This document shows, piece by piece, positions 39,246 to 51,467 of a stretch of 64,000 nt of DNA. Location of the stretch: the NCBI GenBank assembly GCA_046596195.1, contig JBKJNA010000233.1:638-64637 (forward strand), given 5' to 3'. The translations under genes were made by a program, and so were the position numbers. Source of the DNA: Acidimicrobiales bacterium (lineage in GTDB: Bacteria; Actinomycetota; Acidimicrobiia; Acidimicrobiales; GCA-2861595). Each line of letters opens with the position of its first letter. Position 1 is the stretch's first letter. Below the pieces are notes generated by a model that was given only the letters and a program-made list of their open reading frames with translations, was not told where the DNA came from and ran no database searches.

Positions 39246-40982
39246 TCAGTCGGGTGTCTGCCTGCGTCGGCGGACGGGGGCGCGACCGAAGGCGAGGCCG
39301 CCGCTCGCGGCCATGAGGAGGAGCCAGGCCAGCGCGCCGAGGGCGACCTTCGAGGCGGGCGTAGGCGGGTCGGCGGCGGCAGCGACGGCGGCGGGCAGGG
39401 CGGCGGCTGTGGCGGGGTCGGCCGCAGCGGCCGGCGCGGCGGCGAGGTCGGGAGGGGCGCCGGCCGGGTCGCCCGGCAGGCCCTGCACCGGGCCGCCGTC
39501 GGTGGGGGGCGGTGGTGGGGCGGAGGCCGATTCGGCCAGGCGGACCGTGAACAGCGTCGAGCGCAGCCCGAGGGTGCGGTCGAAGTCGAGGCCGCTGACG
39601 GACCGGGCGCCGCCGGTGCCCTCCACCGTCACCTGTACGACCCGCCCTGAGGGGCCCGTCCGGGTCACCACGTTGGTGACCTTCCCCCGCAGTCCGACGC
39701 GGGCGGCCACGTCCCGCAGCGACACGGTGACGGTCCACGGGTCCGGGTCGGGGGAAAGGTAGGCGGCCGGCCGCAGGTAGGGGTAGCCGGCGCCGGGCGT
39801 GCCGAAGCCTTCCTCGGTGCTGGCCGAGAAGCCGCCGCCGTTGGCCGAGTACACGGCCGACACGAGAGATTTTCGATACATCAGGACTTGGCCCCGGGTG
39901 GCGGTCACCGCCTTGTCCATGGCTGCGTACTCGGCCTGGGCGCCGAGATAGACCTGGCAGCGCTGGGTGTCGCACAGCTCGCCCCCGCCCGCCAACGCCC
40001 GCATAGCGTAGGTGCGGGCGGCGACGGCCTGCGCCCGCAGGGAGGCTGCCGGCCACGACGGGTCGCGCACCTCGCCCATGCCCCGCAGGTACTGCTCCAC
40101 GTCGACGTGATTCACCAGGCGGAGCGGCCCGCCGCCCACCGTCTGCACGACGCCGCGGTAGCGGGCGCTGCGCTCCGGCAGGTCGATGGTGCCGCCGCCC
40201 GCCGGTACCGCCCACAGGGAGCGGGTGGACGTCGCCCGACCTGCCACCGTCGTCGGTGGGGCGGACGCAGCCGCCGGCGCCGTGGTCGTCGTGAGCAGCG
40301 GCACGGTGGGCACCGGGAGGATCGGGACGGCGGGAAGGGGTAGCAGGGGTTGGCCGGGCGGCAGGAGGGCGAGGCCGGGAGCGGTGGTCGTGGTGGTCGC
40401 CGGCGCCGTCGTCGGCGGCTCCTGGGCGGCCGCCGTCGTGAAGCGACCGGTGGGTCCCGGGGGCCCGGCCAAGGCGTGGCCTGCGGCGGCCGCCACCTGG
40501 CCGCCGCCACCGCCGGGCGCAGCCGCCGCCACCTGGCCGCCTCCGCCTCCGCCGGCGGCTGGCGCCGCCGACCCGCCGGCCGCCGTCTCCACTACGAACA
40601 GGCGCCCGTCGGAGCGCAGGCGGGCCTGGCCGCCGGCGGCCACCCGGACCGGGAAGCCCGGGGACTGGGCGCCGTCTCGGGCGTCGCGTACCTCCCCACC
40701 GTTCGGGAAGCGCACCACCACGTTGTCGGCCGGCGATGTGAGCACGGACACCCGCAGCTCACCGCCGGCCCGGCCCAGCGTGGTTCCTGGATAGAACTGG
40801 TTCAGGATCTGGGCCGTGGTCGACCCCGCCCTGCCCATGGCCAGTGCGCCGTCCTGGGCCATCCCGACCCCGTGGCCGTAGCCCTTGCCGTCGATCACGA
40901 GTACCGGGACGGCAGCCCCGGCGGCGGGCGCAGGAGCGATCAGGGCCCCGACCAGCCCGAGCACGAGAAGGGGCCGGCGCAT
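39246..40982 (-). CDS. SpoIID/LytB domain protein (secreted, C-terminal TM)
   Basis: Signal peptide MRRPLLVLGLVGALIAPAPAAG. SpoIID core VEQYLRGMGEV...AQAVAARTYA...CDTQRCQVY...AVYSANGGG. Ala/Gly/Pro-rich linkers. Confidence 0.88.
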   Translation of the reverse strand: MRRPLLVLGLVGALIAPAPAAGAAVPVLVIDGKGYGHGVGMAQDGALAMGRAGSTTAQILNQFYPGTTLGRAGGELRVSVLTSPADNVVVRFPNGGEVRDARDGAQSPGFPVRVAAGGQARLRSDGRLFVVETAAGGSAAPAAGGGGGGQVAAAAPGGGGGQVAAAAGHALAGPPGPTGRFTTAAAQEPPTTAPATTTTTAPGLALLPPGQPLLPLPAVPILPVPTVPLLTTTTAPAAASAPPTTVAGRATSTRSLWAVPAGGGTIDLPERSARYRGVVQTVGGGPLRLVNHVDVEQYLRGMGEVRDPSWPAASLRAQAVAARTYAMRALAGGGELCDTQRCQVYLGAQAEYAAMDKAVTATRGQVLMYRKSLVSAVYSANGGGFSASTEEGFGTPGAGYPYLRPAAYLSPDPDPWTVTVSLRDVAARVGLRGKVTNVVTRTGPSGRVVQVTVEGTGGARSVSGLDFDRTLGLRSTLFTVRLAESASAPPPPPTDGGPVQGLPGDPAGAPPDLAAAPAAAADPATAAALPAAVAAAADPPTPASKVALGALAWLLLMAASGGLAFGRAPVRRRRQTPD

Positions 40983-41057
40983 CCCTGCATTCTCGCCCGA
41001 GCGTTCACCTTCCGGAAATCAGGTGCGGAACCAAATGCGCAGGGCCACAGGTAGCCT

Positions 41058-41723
41058 GTGATCGTGGCACTCGGCCGACGGCCCCGGCGCGTTGCGATCT
41101 CCGTGTTGGCGGTGGTCGCTGCCTACTCCACGGCGCTGTCCGCCTGCGGTGGGACGCAGTACCACTACGTCAAGAGCACCTCGGACCGGACCTTCGTGCG
41201 CGTGCCCTCGAAGTGGACGCTTTTCGACGAGGACGACCTGCTCGAGGTCAGCGACGACTCCGTCGAGACCAAGACGCTCTTCAAGAAGCTCACGTGGTCC
41301 GTCGCCTTCGACGCCGCCCCGAAACCGTCGCTCGAGCACCTGCTGACCCCCTCCGCCCATCCCACCGGCCTCGTCCAGGTGCGCACCCTCCTGCCGACCC
41401 AGCGGGATTCGTTCTCGCTCGCCGACCTGCGGACGCTGCTGCTATCGGTTGACCCGCTGTCAGACGAGGCGCAGGCCAACGGTGAGGTGGAGGTACTGGA
41501 TGTCAAGGAGGTGCGCCGGGGCGGCGGACTGCACGGCAGCGAGCTGTTGGTCAACCTGAAGACCGAAGCAGGCAAGATCGTGAAGTGGCGCCAGATAGCG
41601 CTCACCGACGCATCCATCAGCAAGGTCCACGTGCTGGCGATCAGCTGTAACGAGGATTGCTACGCCGCCAACGAGGACGTGATCGACAAGATCATCGACT
41701 CGTGGAAAGTGAAGGAGCCATGA
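41058..41723 (+). CDS. hypothetical lipoprotein
   Basis: Lipobox ALSACGG. 221 aa, no family recognised. The stop overlaps the ATG of uORF1 (ATGA). Confidence 0.6.
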   Translation: MIVALGRRPRRVAISVLAVVAAYSTALSACGGTQYHYVKSTSDRTFVRVPSKWTLFDEDDLLEVSDDSVETKTLFKKLTWSVAFDAAPKPSLEHLLTPSAHPTGLVQVRTLLPTQRDSFSLADLRTLLLSVDPLSDEAQANGEVEVLDVKEVRRGGGLHGSELLVNLKTEAGKIVKWRQIALTDASISKVHVLAISCNEDCYAANEDVIDKIIDSWKVKEP

Positions 41724-41856
41724 CCAGCCCGGGAGGAAGGTCCAACAGCAACTCGCTGGCGCGACATCACGAAGGGATGGTGCGCCAGTGACCAGCCCGG
41801 GAGGAAGGTCCAACAGCAACTCGCTGGCGCGACATCACGAAGGGATGGTGCGCCAG
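41721..41856 (+). repeat. perfect 68-bp tandem duplication (2 copies)
   Basis: 41721-41788 and 41789-41856 are identical base for base. A third unit starts with TGACC and then diverges into the FtsH-paralogue coding sequence. Confidence 0.97.
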
Positions 41857-44483
41857 TGACCGGCCAACACCGAGACCAGGACACCGACCTGGTGCTGCGC
41901 CCTGAACCCTCCCGGCCGGGCCCGGCCGGGGGGTACACGAGCCGCATCCGCGACGACGAACGCAAGACCCGCAAGCCTGCGGGCTGGTGGGACCGCGCCA
42001 AGATCCTCACCTTGCTGGGCGGTCTGTGGATCGTCCTGGTATGGACGGCGATGGCCGACAACCCGATCCTGCCGTTCCGCGACGCCGTGCGCGAGCAGGT
42101 GCGGTCCGGGCTGTGGCTCATCGTCCTGGCCGGCCTCGAGGTGGTGCGCCAGGTCCACTACCTCATCAGCGAGAAGTCGGCCGGCTGGCACGCGTTCTGG
42201 ACCAAGAAGGTCTTCGGTGGCCTCGACCGGCGCACGGCGCGGATGAGCTCGTGGACCCGGTTCCGTGTCGCACGGGTCATCCGGTGGACCCTCATCCTCA
42301 CGGTCGCCGGCATCGGCCTGGGGAAGCTCTTCGACACCACGCCTGTGATCGCCCTGTTCGAGGCGCCCGCCCGCCTGGTGAGCTCGCTCCCGAACGTCCT
42401 CCAGTTCGCCCTGCTGTTCTTCGTGATCATCATCCAGTTCGCGGGCATGGCGTGGTACGCCGCCCGCCAGGGCATCGAGATCTACTTCCCCGACGACATC
42501 AAGACCCGCTTCACCGACGTGTGGGGCCAGGACAGCGTGCTCGAGAAGGTGAAGGAGAACATCGTCTTTCTCGAGGACCCCGAGGCGATCGAGGCCAAGG
42601 GCGGCTACGTGCCGGCCGGCATCCTGCTCTGGGGCCCTCCGGGCACCGGCAAGACGCTGATGGCGGAGGCGGTCGCAGGCGAGACGGGCAAGCCCTACGT
42701 GTTCGTGGACCCGGGCGGCATGACGTCGTTCGGCTTCGGCGCCCTCGCCGTCAAGGGCGTGTTCCGCAAGCTGCGCAAGCTCGCCCTCCGCTACGGGGGT
42801 GTCATCGTCTTCTTCGACGAGGCCGACTCGCTGGGCAGCCGCCGGATGACCGCCCCGCAGCCCTCGCCCACCGGCTACGGCCCCGGCAGCCCCTTCGCAT
42901 GGTCAGCCAACCCGTCGTGCAACGGGCTGTCCTACGTCGACCCCCGGTCGGCCCGGAACCTGATGATGGCGTCGCTCAACCCCGGCGAGGCCGACGAGGT
43001 GCCCCGGAGCCGACGGGACGGCTTCTTCATGATGGGCGGCGGGGGGGGCGGCGGCGGCATGCTCCAGGCGCTGCTCACCGAGCTGTCCGGCCTCAAGAAG
43101 CCCCGCGGCTTCATGAACCGGGTGGTGCGGCGCTCGCTCGGCATGCGCCCCAAGCCGCCGCCCAAGTACCGCATCCTGGTGATGATGGCCACCAACCTGC
43201 CCGAGGTGCTCGACGAGGCCCTCCTGCGGCCGGGCCGCATCGACCGCATCTACAAGGTCGGCTACCCCTCCAAGCCCGGCCGCATCCGCACGTTCGAGGG
43301 TTACCTCGACAAGGTGAAGCACGAGCTCACCCCCGCGCAGGTCGACAAGCTGGCCACGATCACCCCCTATGGCACCGGCGCCACCATCAAGGACATGGTG
43401 AACGAGGCGCTCATCCAGGCCATCCGCGACGACCGCGACACGATCACCTGGCAGGACATGATCCGGGCCAAGCACCTCAAGAGCCTCGGCCCGCCCGAGG
43501 ACGTGGAGTACATCGAGCGGGAGCGCCACGCCGTCGCCGTGCACGAGGCGTGCCATGCGGTGGCGGCGGCCAAGGTACGTCACCACCTCCACATCGACAT
43601 CGCCACCATCGAGAAGGGCGGCACCTACCTGGGCATGGTGGCGTCGATCCAGCCCGAGGACCTCTTCACCCAGTGGCGGTCGGAGTACGAGGCCGACATC
43701 ATCGTGTGCCTGGCCTCCCTCGCCGGCGAGCGGCTGTTCTTCGGCGGCGACAACTCCTCGGGCGTCTCCGGTGATCTCGAGACCGCCACCTCCATCGCCA
43801 CCATGATGCACGGCTACTGGGGCATGGGCACCACCGTCGTGTCCCATGGCATCACCCACAGGGTGGGCATCGGCGGCGGGGGCCGGCCCGGTCCGAAGGG
43901 GGAGGACGGCAAGGAGAAGGAGCTGCTGGAGGGTGGCCTCGGCCAGCGCATCGAGGAGCACCTGACCGAACTGCTCGAGCGTACGAACCGACTCCTGGTC
44001 GAGAACCGTCGCCTGGTGCTGGCCGTCGCCCACGCCCTCGAGACCACCAAGACGCTGGCCGGCGAGGACGTCATGGCCATCGTCGAGGGCCGCCAGGGAC
44101 CGCTGGTCGACGGCCGGCCCTACCACACGCCCGAGTTCATGGAGCTGGCCGAGCGGTACCACGCCGCCGCCCTGTCGGCCCACGAGGGCCACTCCACCAT
44201 CAACCTCCCGCTGCCGCGCTGGTCGCCCAGTTCGAACGGCCACCATCCCTTCGGCCCCGAGGCCCACGTGGCCCCGCTGCCCGGCAACGGGTACGCCAAC
44301 GGCGACGCCGTGGCCCACGAGGAGAGCGAGGAGGCCTACCTGCAGGGCGACGGCCCGCCGGAGGAAGCCGCCGACCCGCCCGACCAGGTCATCGTGCCCA
44401 ACGGAGAGGGCGCGGCCGACGCCGATGTACCGCCCGACCAGGCGCCCGACACCCGCCGGCGCCTGCGCCGTCCCCGTGACTGA
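41856..44483 (+). CDS. divergent FtsH-family AAA+ / M41 metalloprotease paralogue
   Basis: 875 aa with four predicted N-terminal TM helices. Walker A GPPGTGKT, Walker B VIVFFDEAD, SRH ATNLPEVLDEALLRPGRIDR, HEACHAV zinc motif. There is an insertion of about 60 aa between Walker B and the poly-Gly segment. Confidence 0.88.
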   Translation: MTGQHRDQDTDLVLRPEPSRPGPAGGYTSRIRDDERKTRKPAGWWDRAKILTLLGGLWIVLVWTAMADNPILPFRDAVREQVRSGLWLIVLAGLEVVRQVHYLISEKSAGWHAFWTKKVFGGLDRRTARMSSWTRFRVARVIRWTLILTVAGIGLGKLFDTTPVIALFEAPARLVSSLPNVLQFALLFFVIIIQFAGMAWYAARQGIEIYFPDDIKTRFTDVWGQDSVLEKVKENIVFLEDPEAIEAKGGYVPAGILLWGPPGTGKTLMAEAVAGETGKPYVFVDPGGMTSFGFGALAVKGVFRKLRKLALRYGGVIVFFDEADSLGSRRMTAPQPSPTGYGPGSPFAWSANPSCNGLSYVDPRSARNLMMASLNPGEADEVPRSRRDGFFMMGGGGGGGGMLQALLTELSGLKKPRGFMNRVVRRSLGMRPKPPPKYRILVMMATNLPEVLDEALLRPGRIDRIYKVGYPSKPGRIRTFEGYLDKVKHELTPAQVDKLATITPYGTGATIKDMVNEALIQAIRDDRDTITWQDMIRAKHLKSLGPPEDVEYIERERHAVAVHEACHAVAAAKVRHHLHIDIATIEKGGTYLGMVASIQPEDLFTQWRSEYEADIIVCLASLAGERLFFGGDNSSGVSGDLETATSIATMMHGYWGMGTTVVSHGITHRVGIGGGGRPGPKGEDGKEKELLEGGLGQRIEEHLTELLERTNRLLVENRRLVLAVAHALETTKTLAGEDVMAIVEGRQGPLVDGRPYHTPEFMELAERYHAAALSAHEGHSTINLPLPRWSPSSNGHHPFGPEAHVAPLPGNGYANGDAVAHEESEEAYLQGDGPPEEAADPPDQVIVPNGEGAADADVPPDQAPDTRRRLRRPRD

Positions 44484-45174
44484 CGGCGGCCGGCCGGAGC
44501 CGGTCACCCCGTCCACGGGGTGGGGTGTCGTGCACCTGTTCTGCAAGGCAGGCCCGTCGGTCGATGCCGAGGCGGTTGTGAGCGCCGTGAAGGCGGCCAC
44601 GGGCGACGACCACCAGGTGGTCTCCTTTGCTGTCCTCGGCCACAAGGCCGATCTCGGCTTCCTGGCCATCGGCCCCGACCTGTGGCGCCTCCGGGCGTTG
44701 CAGACGGCGCTGACGCAGGCCGGACTGGTGGTGGCCGACTCCTACGTGTCGCTCACGGAGGTGTCCGAGTACACCAAGGGGATGCCGGCGGAGCTGCTCA
44801 GCCCCCGGCTGTACCCGCAGCTGCCGCCCGAGGGTATGCCCGCCATCTGCTTCTATCCCATGTCGAAGCGGCGCACCCCGGGCCAGAACTGGTTCACCCT
44901 GCCCTACGACGACCGCCAGCGCCTCATGTACGAGCACGGCACCTCGGGCCGTGCCTTCAAGGGCCGGGTCCTCCAACTGGTCACCGGCTCCACCGGCGTC
45001 GACGACTGGGAATGGGGCGTCACCCTCTTCGCCGTGCGCCCCGACGACCTGAAGGAGGTCGTCCACACCATGCGCTTCGACGAGGCCTCCGCCGTCTACG
45101 CCGACTTCGGCTCGTTCACAACCGGCCTGATCGAAGAGATCGAGGTCGTCCTCCGCCAGGTCGGCCTGTCCTGA
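44476..45174 (+). CDS. hemQ: chlorite dismutase-family protein (coproheme decarboxylase HemQ/ChdC-like)
   Basis: GWGVVHLFCK..., LGHKADLGFL, YVSLTEVSEY, ICFYPMSKRR and WEWGVTLF motifs. GTG 44476 and ATG 44425 both overlap the upstream gene. Confidence 0.85.
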   Translation: MTDGGRPEPVTPSTGWGVVHLFCKAGPSVDAEAVVSAVKAATGDDHQVVSFAVLGHKADLGFLAIGPDLWRLRALQTALTQAGLVVADSYVSLTEVSEYTKGMPAELLSPRLYPQLPPEGMPAICFYPMSKRRTPGQNWFTLPYDDRQRLMYEHGTSGRAFKGRVLQLVTGSTGVDDWEWGVTLFAVRPDDLKEVVHTMRFDEASAVYADFGSFTTGLIEEIEVVLRQVGLS

Positions 45175-45180
45175 CGTCGT

Positions 45181-45215
45181 TCCCGAGTAAATAACCACCG
45201 GATTCCGACGGCTAT

Positions 45216-45225
<10 letters not shown>
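45181..45225. terminator. AT-rich 13-bp perfect inverted repeat with 19-nt loop between convergent hemQ and livF
   Basis: TCCCGAGTAAATA-accaccggattccgacggc-TATTTACTCGGGA. The right arm covers the last livF codons and its stop. Confidence 0.6.
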
Positions 45226-48026
<2,801 letters not shown>

Positions 48027-48030
<4 letters not shown>

Positions 48031-48920
48031 GCGCGTGCCCGCCCGAGGCTCTCACCGAGCAGGCCGTTGGGCCGGACCAGCAGCACGAGCACCAGGACCG
48101 TGAAGGCGAACACGTCCTTCCACTCGCCGCCGAGCACGGTGGCCCCCCAGTTCTCGAGCAGCCCGAGCAGCAGCCCGCCGAGGAGCGCGCCCCGGATGTT
48201 GCCGATGCCGCCGAGCACGGCGGCGGTGAAGGCCTTGATCCCGGGGAGGAAGCCGATGTTGAAGCGGGCCGCCTCGAAGAACACCCCGTAGAGCAGCCCG
48301 GCGGCGCCGGCGAGGAGCCCGCCGAGGAAGAACGTGAGCATGACGACCCGGTTGATGTCGACGCCCATGAGGGCGGCCGTCTCGGAGTCCTGGGCGGTGG
48401 CCCGGATGCCCCTACCCAGCCGGGACTTGGCCACGAATCGTTCCAGGGCGATCATGAGCACCAGCGCCGACACGATCACGAGGACCTTGTCGGCCCGCAC
48501 GTCGGCCCCGCCCAACTCGAACAGCTGGCGCTTCTCCAGCACCCGGGGAAAGGGGAGGAGGTCGCGGCCGTAGCGGGCGGCGAACAGCTCCTGGAGGAAC
48601 AACGAGATCCCGATGGCGGTGATGAGGGCGGCCAGCCGGGGGGCCCCGCGCCGGCGCAGCGGCCGGTAGGCGATGCGCTCCATGGCCACGGCGCTGAGGC
48701 CCGACGCCAGCATGGCCACCACCAGCACGCCGACGAGGGTGAGCACGAGCGCCACCCCGGTGCGGGCCGGGTCCGAGGTCTCGATCCCCAGCCCGTGCAT
48801 GGCGAACAGGGAGGCGAAGATCCCGATCATGAAGATCTCGGAGTGGGCGAAGTTGATCAGCCGCAGCACCCCGTAGACCAGGGTGTAGCCGAGGGCGATC
48901 AGCGCGTAGATGGCGCCCAA
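48027..48920 (-). CDS. livH: branched-chain amino acid ABC transporter permease (LivH-type)
   Basis: LGAIYALIALGYTLVYGVLRLINFAHSE... The conserved N-terminal residues (SEQFWPQTLDGLT) continue upstream of the tracked TTG start with no ATG or GTG in frame. The true start may be GTG 48975 via another indel. Confidence 0.85.
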
Positions 48921-49053
48921 GGTGAGCCCGTCCAGGGTCTGGGGCCAGAACTGCTCGCTCAGACAGCGGAAGCACGAGTCGATGCTGGTCTCCCTGGACG
49001 AGGGCGGAGGGGCCCGATGCCCCTCCGCCCGCCTGCCTATTTCATTGTTCCGG

Positions 49054-50268
49054 TTACTTCAGAAGCGCGACGGTGGAGCCGAGCTCGGTTATCTTGCCGC
49101 CCTTGATCTCGTAGACGAACACGTCACCCGACTTCACGTTGCCGTTCTCCTCGAACTCGATGGTCTTGGAGAGGCCGGCGAAGGAGGTGAACGTCTCCTC
49201 GATGTAGGAGAGCAGCTTCTCGCGGGTGTCGTTGCCTGCCTCGATGCCCTCGATGACGAGGTTGGTGGCGTCGTAGCCCTCGGTGGAGTAGGTGCCGGGG
49301 TCGGCGCCGTTGAGCTCCTTGTACTTGGTGGCGAACGCTCCCAGCTCGCCGGGGGCGTCGGTGGTGGCCAGCTTGCACGGGCAGGTGATGAGGGCGCCCT
49401 CGCCGCCCGCCGCGCCCGACGCCTCGATGAAGCCCTTGTCGAGGGAGCCGTCGCCGGTCACGAACTTGGCCTTCACGCTGGCGTCGGTGAGCTGCTTCTT
49501 GAGCCGGCCCGCCTCGGCGTAGTAGCCGCCGTAGAAGATGAAGTCGGCGTTGGCCGCCTTCACCTTGTTGACGGCGGCCGAGTAGTCCTGGCCCTTGGGG
49601 TCGATGGCCTCGACCAGGGCCGTCTTCACGCCCTGGCCCTCGAGCAGCTTCTGCGTGCCCTCGGCCAGACCCTTGCCGTACTCGGAGTTGTCGTGCACGT
49701 AGGCGGCGTTCTTGGCCGCCAGCTTCTTGGTGATGTAGTCGGTGAGCCCCGCGCCCTGCACGTCGTCGTCGGGGATGATCCGGTGGAACACCTTGCTGTT
49801 CGGCACCACGGTGGGCAGGGCGGCGTTGGTGGCCGACGAGCTCACCATCACCAGCCCCGCGTCCTCGAGGGTCGGGAGCACGGCCTTGGTCTCGCCTGAG
49901 AACTCCGGGCCCACGATGGCGATGATCTCCTTGTCGGGGATGTACTTGTCGGCCTGGGTCGGCGCCTGGGCGGGATCGCCCTGGGTGTCGAACTCCTTCA
50001 GCACGTACTCGTACTTCTCGCTCTTGGCGTTGGCCTCCTCGAGGGCCACCTTGATGCCGTTGCGGGTGTTGATGCCGAGGTTGGCCGCGTCGCCGGTGAG
50101 CGGCCCCACGAACGCTAGCCCGATGGTCTTCTTGTCGCCCCCGCCCCCCGTTGCCGTGGTGTCGGTCCCACCGGTCGTTGTGTCCTTTGCGTCATCCCCG
50201 CACGCTGCCAGCACCAACGTGGCAGTGAGGAGAAGTACGAGAACCCGCCAGAGTCCCTTACGGGGCAT
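49054..50268 (-). CDS. branched-chain amino acid ABC transporter substrate-binding lipoprotein (LivJ/K-type)
   Basis: Lipobox LVLAACGDD, a Thr/Gly linker, and a type I periplasmic binding fold (IGLAFVGPLTGDAA...). Confidence 0.9.
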   Translation of the reverse strand: MPRKGLWRVLVLLLTATLVLAACGDDAKDTTTGGTDTTATGGGGDKKTIGLAFVGPLTGDAANLGINTRNGIKVALEEANAKSEKYEYVLKEFDTQGDPAQAPTQADKYIPDKEIIAIVGPEFSGETKAVLPTLEDAGLVMVSSSATNAALPTVVPNSKVFHRIIPDDDVQGAGLTDYITKKLAAKNAAYVHDNSEYGKGLAEGTQKLLEGQGVKTALVEAIDPKGQDYSAAVNKVKAANADFIFYGGYYAEAGRLKKQLTDASVKAKFVTGDGSLDKGFIEASGAAGGEGALITCPCKLATTDAPGELGAFATKYKELNGADPGTYSTEGYDATNLVIEGIEAGNDTREKLLSYIEETFTSFAGLSKTIEFEENGNVKSGDVFVYEIKGGKITELGSTVALLK

Positions 50269-50324
50269 GGGTAAGCCTCCTGTTTCGTGAGCAGATCACC
50301 TGCGGGAGTGAGCATACGCACGGA

Positions 50325-51221
50325 GTGGCAGGATGGGGTGTGATCGTGCCGCTGAACGAGGATGAGCTCGTGTCCTTCGCCGAACGACGTGCCGCCGTGG
50401 CGGGTGGCGCGTCCCTCGACTTGCTGCGCTCGCGGCTGCGCGAGCTGGCGCCGGTGGTCGTGGCCTTCAGCGGGGGGGCCGACTCCGCCTTCCTGGCGTG
50501 GGTGGCCAACGACACCCTGGGCGCCGCTGCCACTGCTGTCACCGCCGTGTCACCGTCGCTGGCCCCCGAGGAGGAGGCCGACTGCCGGGCCCTGGCCGAG
50601 GAGTGGGGCCTGCGGTGGACGCCTGTGCACACCGACGAGCTGGCCGACCCTGCCTACTCGGCCAACGACGGCCGGCGGTGCTACTGGTGCAAGACGGCCC
50701 TCCTCGACGCGCTGGCGCCATTCAGCGCCGGCGGCGCCACCGTGGTGCTCGGGGTGAACCTCGACGACCTGGGCGACCACAGACCGGGGCAGGAGGCGGC
50801 CGCCGAGCGGGGCGCCGCCTTTCCGCTCGTCGACGCCGGCTTCACCAAGGCCGACGTGCGGGCCGAGTCGTCCCGGCTGGGTCTGCGTACGTGGGACAAG
50901 CCGGCCGCCGCCTGCCTCGCCTCGCGGGTCCCGTACGGCACGCCCGTCACCCTCGGCGTCCTGTCGTCGGTTGCCTGCGCCGAGTCGGCCCTGCGGGCGC
51001 TCGGGTTCGGCCAGCTGCGGGTCCGCCATTACGGGGACCTGGCCCGCATCGAGCTCGAGGGTGACGACCTGTACCGGGCGGTCCACGAGCGGGAGGCGGT
51101 GGTCGCCGCGGTGCGGTCGGCGGGTTACGCCTATGTCACCCTCGACCTCGAGGGTTTCCGCTCCGGCAACCTCAACGGCGCCCTGGTCGGCAGCGGCACC
51201 ATCGGGGGAGGCGCACGATGA
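50325..51221 (+). CDS. PP-loop ATP-utilising sulfur transferase, LarE-like (TIGR00268-type)
   Basis: PP-loop VVAFSGGADSAF, CxxC in DGRRCYWCK, and ACLASRVPYG (the LarE Cys-loop context, from memory). Confidence 0.8.
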   Translation: MAGWGVIVPLNEDELVSFAERRAAVAGGASLDLLRSRLRELAPVVVAFSGGADSAFLAWVANDTLGAAATAVTAVSPSLAPEEEADCRALAEEWGLRWTPVHTDELADPAYSANDGRRCYWCKTALLDALAPFSAGGATVVLGVNLDDLGDHRPGQEAAAERGAAFPLVDAGFTKADVRAESSRLGLRTWDKPAAACLASRVPYGTPVTLGVLSSVACAESALRALGFGQLRVRHYGDLARIELEGDDLYRAVHEREAVVAAVRSAGYAYVTLDLEGFRSGNLNGALVGSGTIGGGAR

Positions 51222-51457
51222 GCAAGGCCAGGGTCAGGCTCACGTTCCCCGAGCACCTCATCACCGAGCCGGTCCTCGCCCGCATGATGCGCCGGTTCGA
51301 CGTGGAGCCGAACATCCGCCGGGCCAACGTCGAGGAGAAGTTCGGCTGGATCATGTGCGAGTTGGTCGGCGACGGCGAGCTGGTGGAGTCCGCCATCGCG
51401 TGGCTGCGGGACGAGGGCGTCGAGGTCGACCGCCTGGGCGACATCGTCGAGGGCTGA
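51218..51457 (+). CDS. stand-alone NIL domain protein
   Basis: 79 aa. RVRLTFPEHLITEPVLARMMRRFDVEPNIRRANV...GWIMCELVGD resembles the NIL domain found at the MetN C-terminus. ATGA overlap with the larE-like gene. Confidence 0.7.
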   Translation: MSKARVRLTFPEHLITEPVLARMMRRFDVEPNIRRANVEEKFGWIMCELVGDGELVESAIAWLRDEGVEVDRLGDIVEG

Positions 51458-51467
51458 CGGCCGGCTG

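Noticed and set aside
41460-42121. Minus-strand ORFs (119 and 153 aa) that contain a repeated peptide GAPSLRDVAPASCCWTFLPGWS
   Set aside because: The repeated peptide is simply the antisense translation of the 68-bp tandem duplication. The ORFs overlap the lipoprotein and FtsH-paralogue genes and have no coding features of their own.
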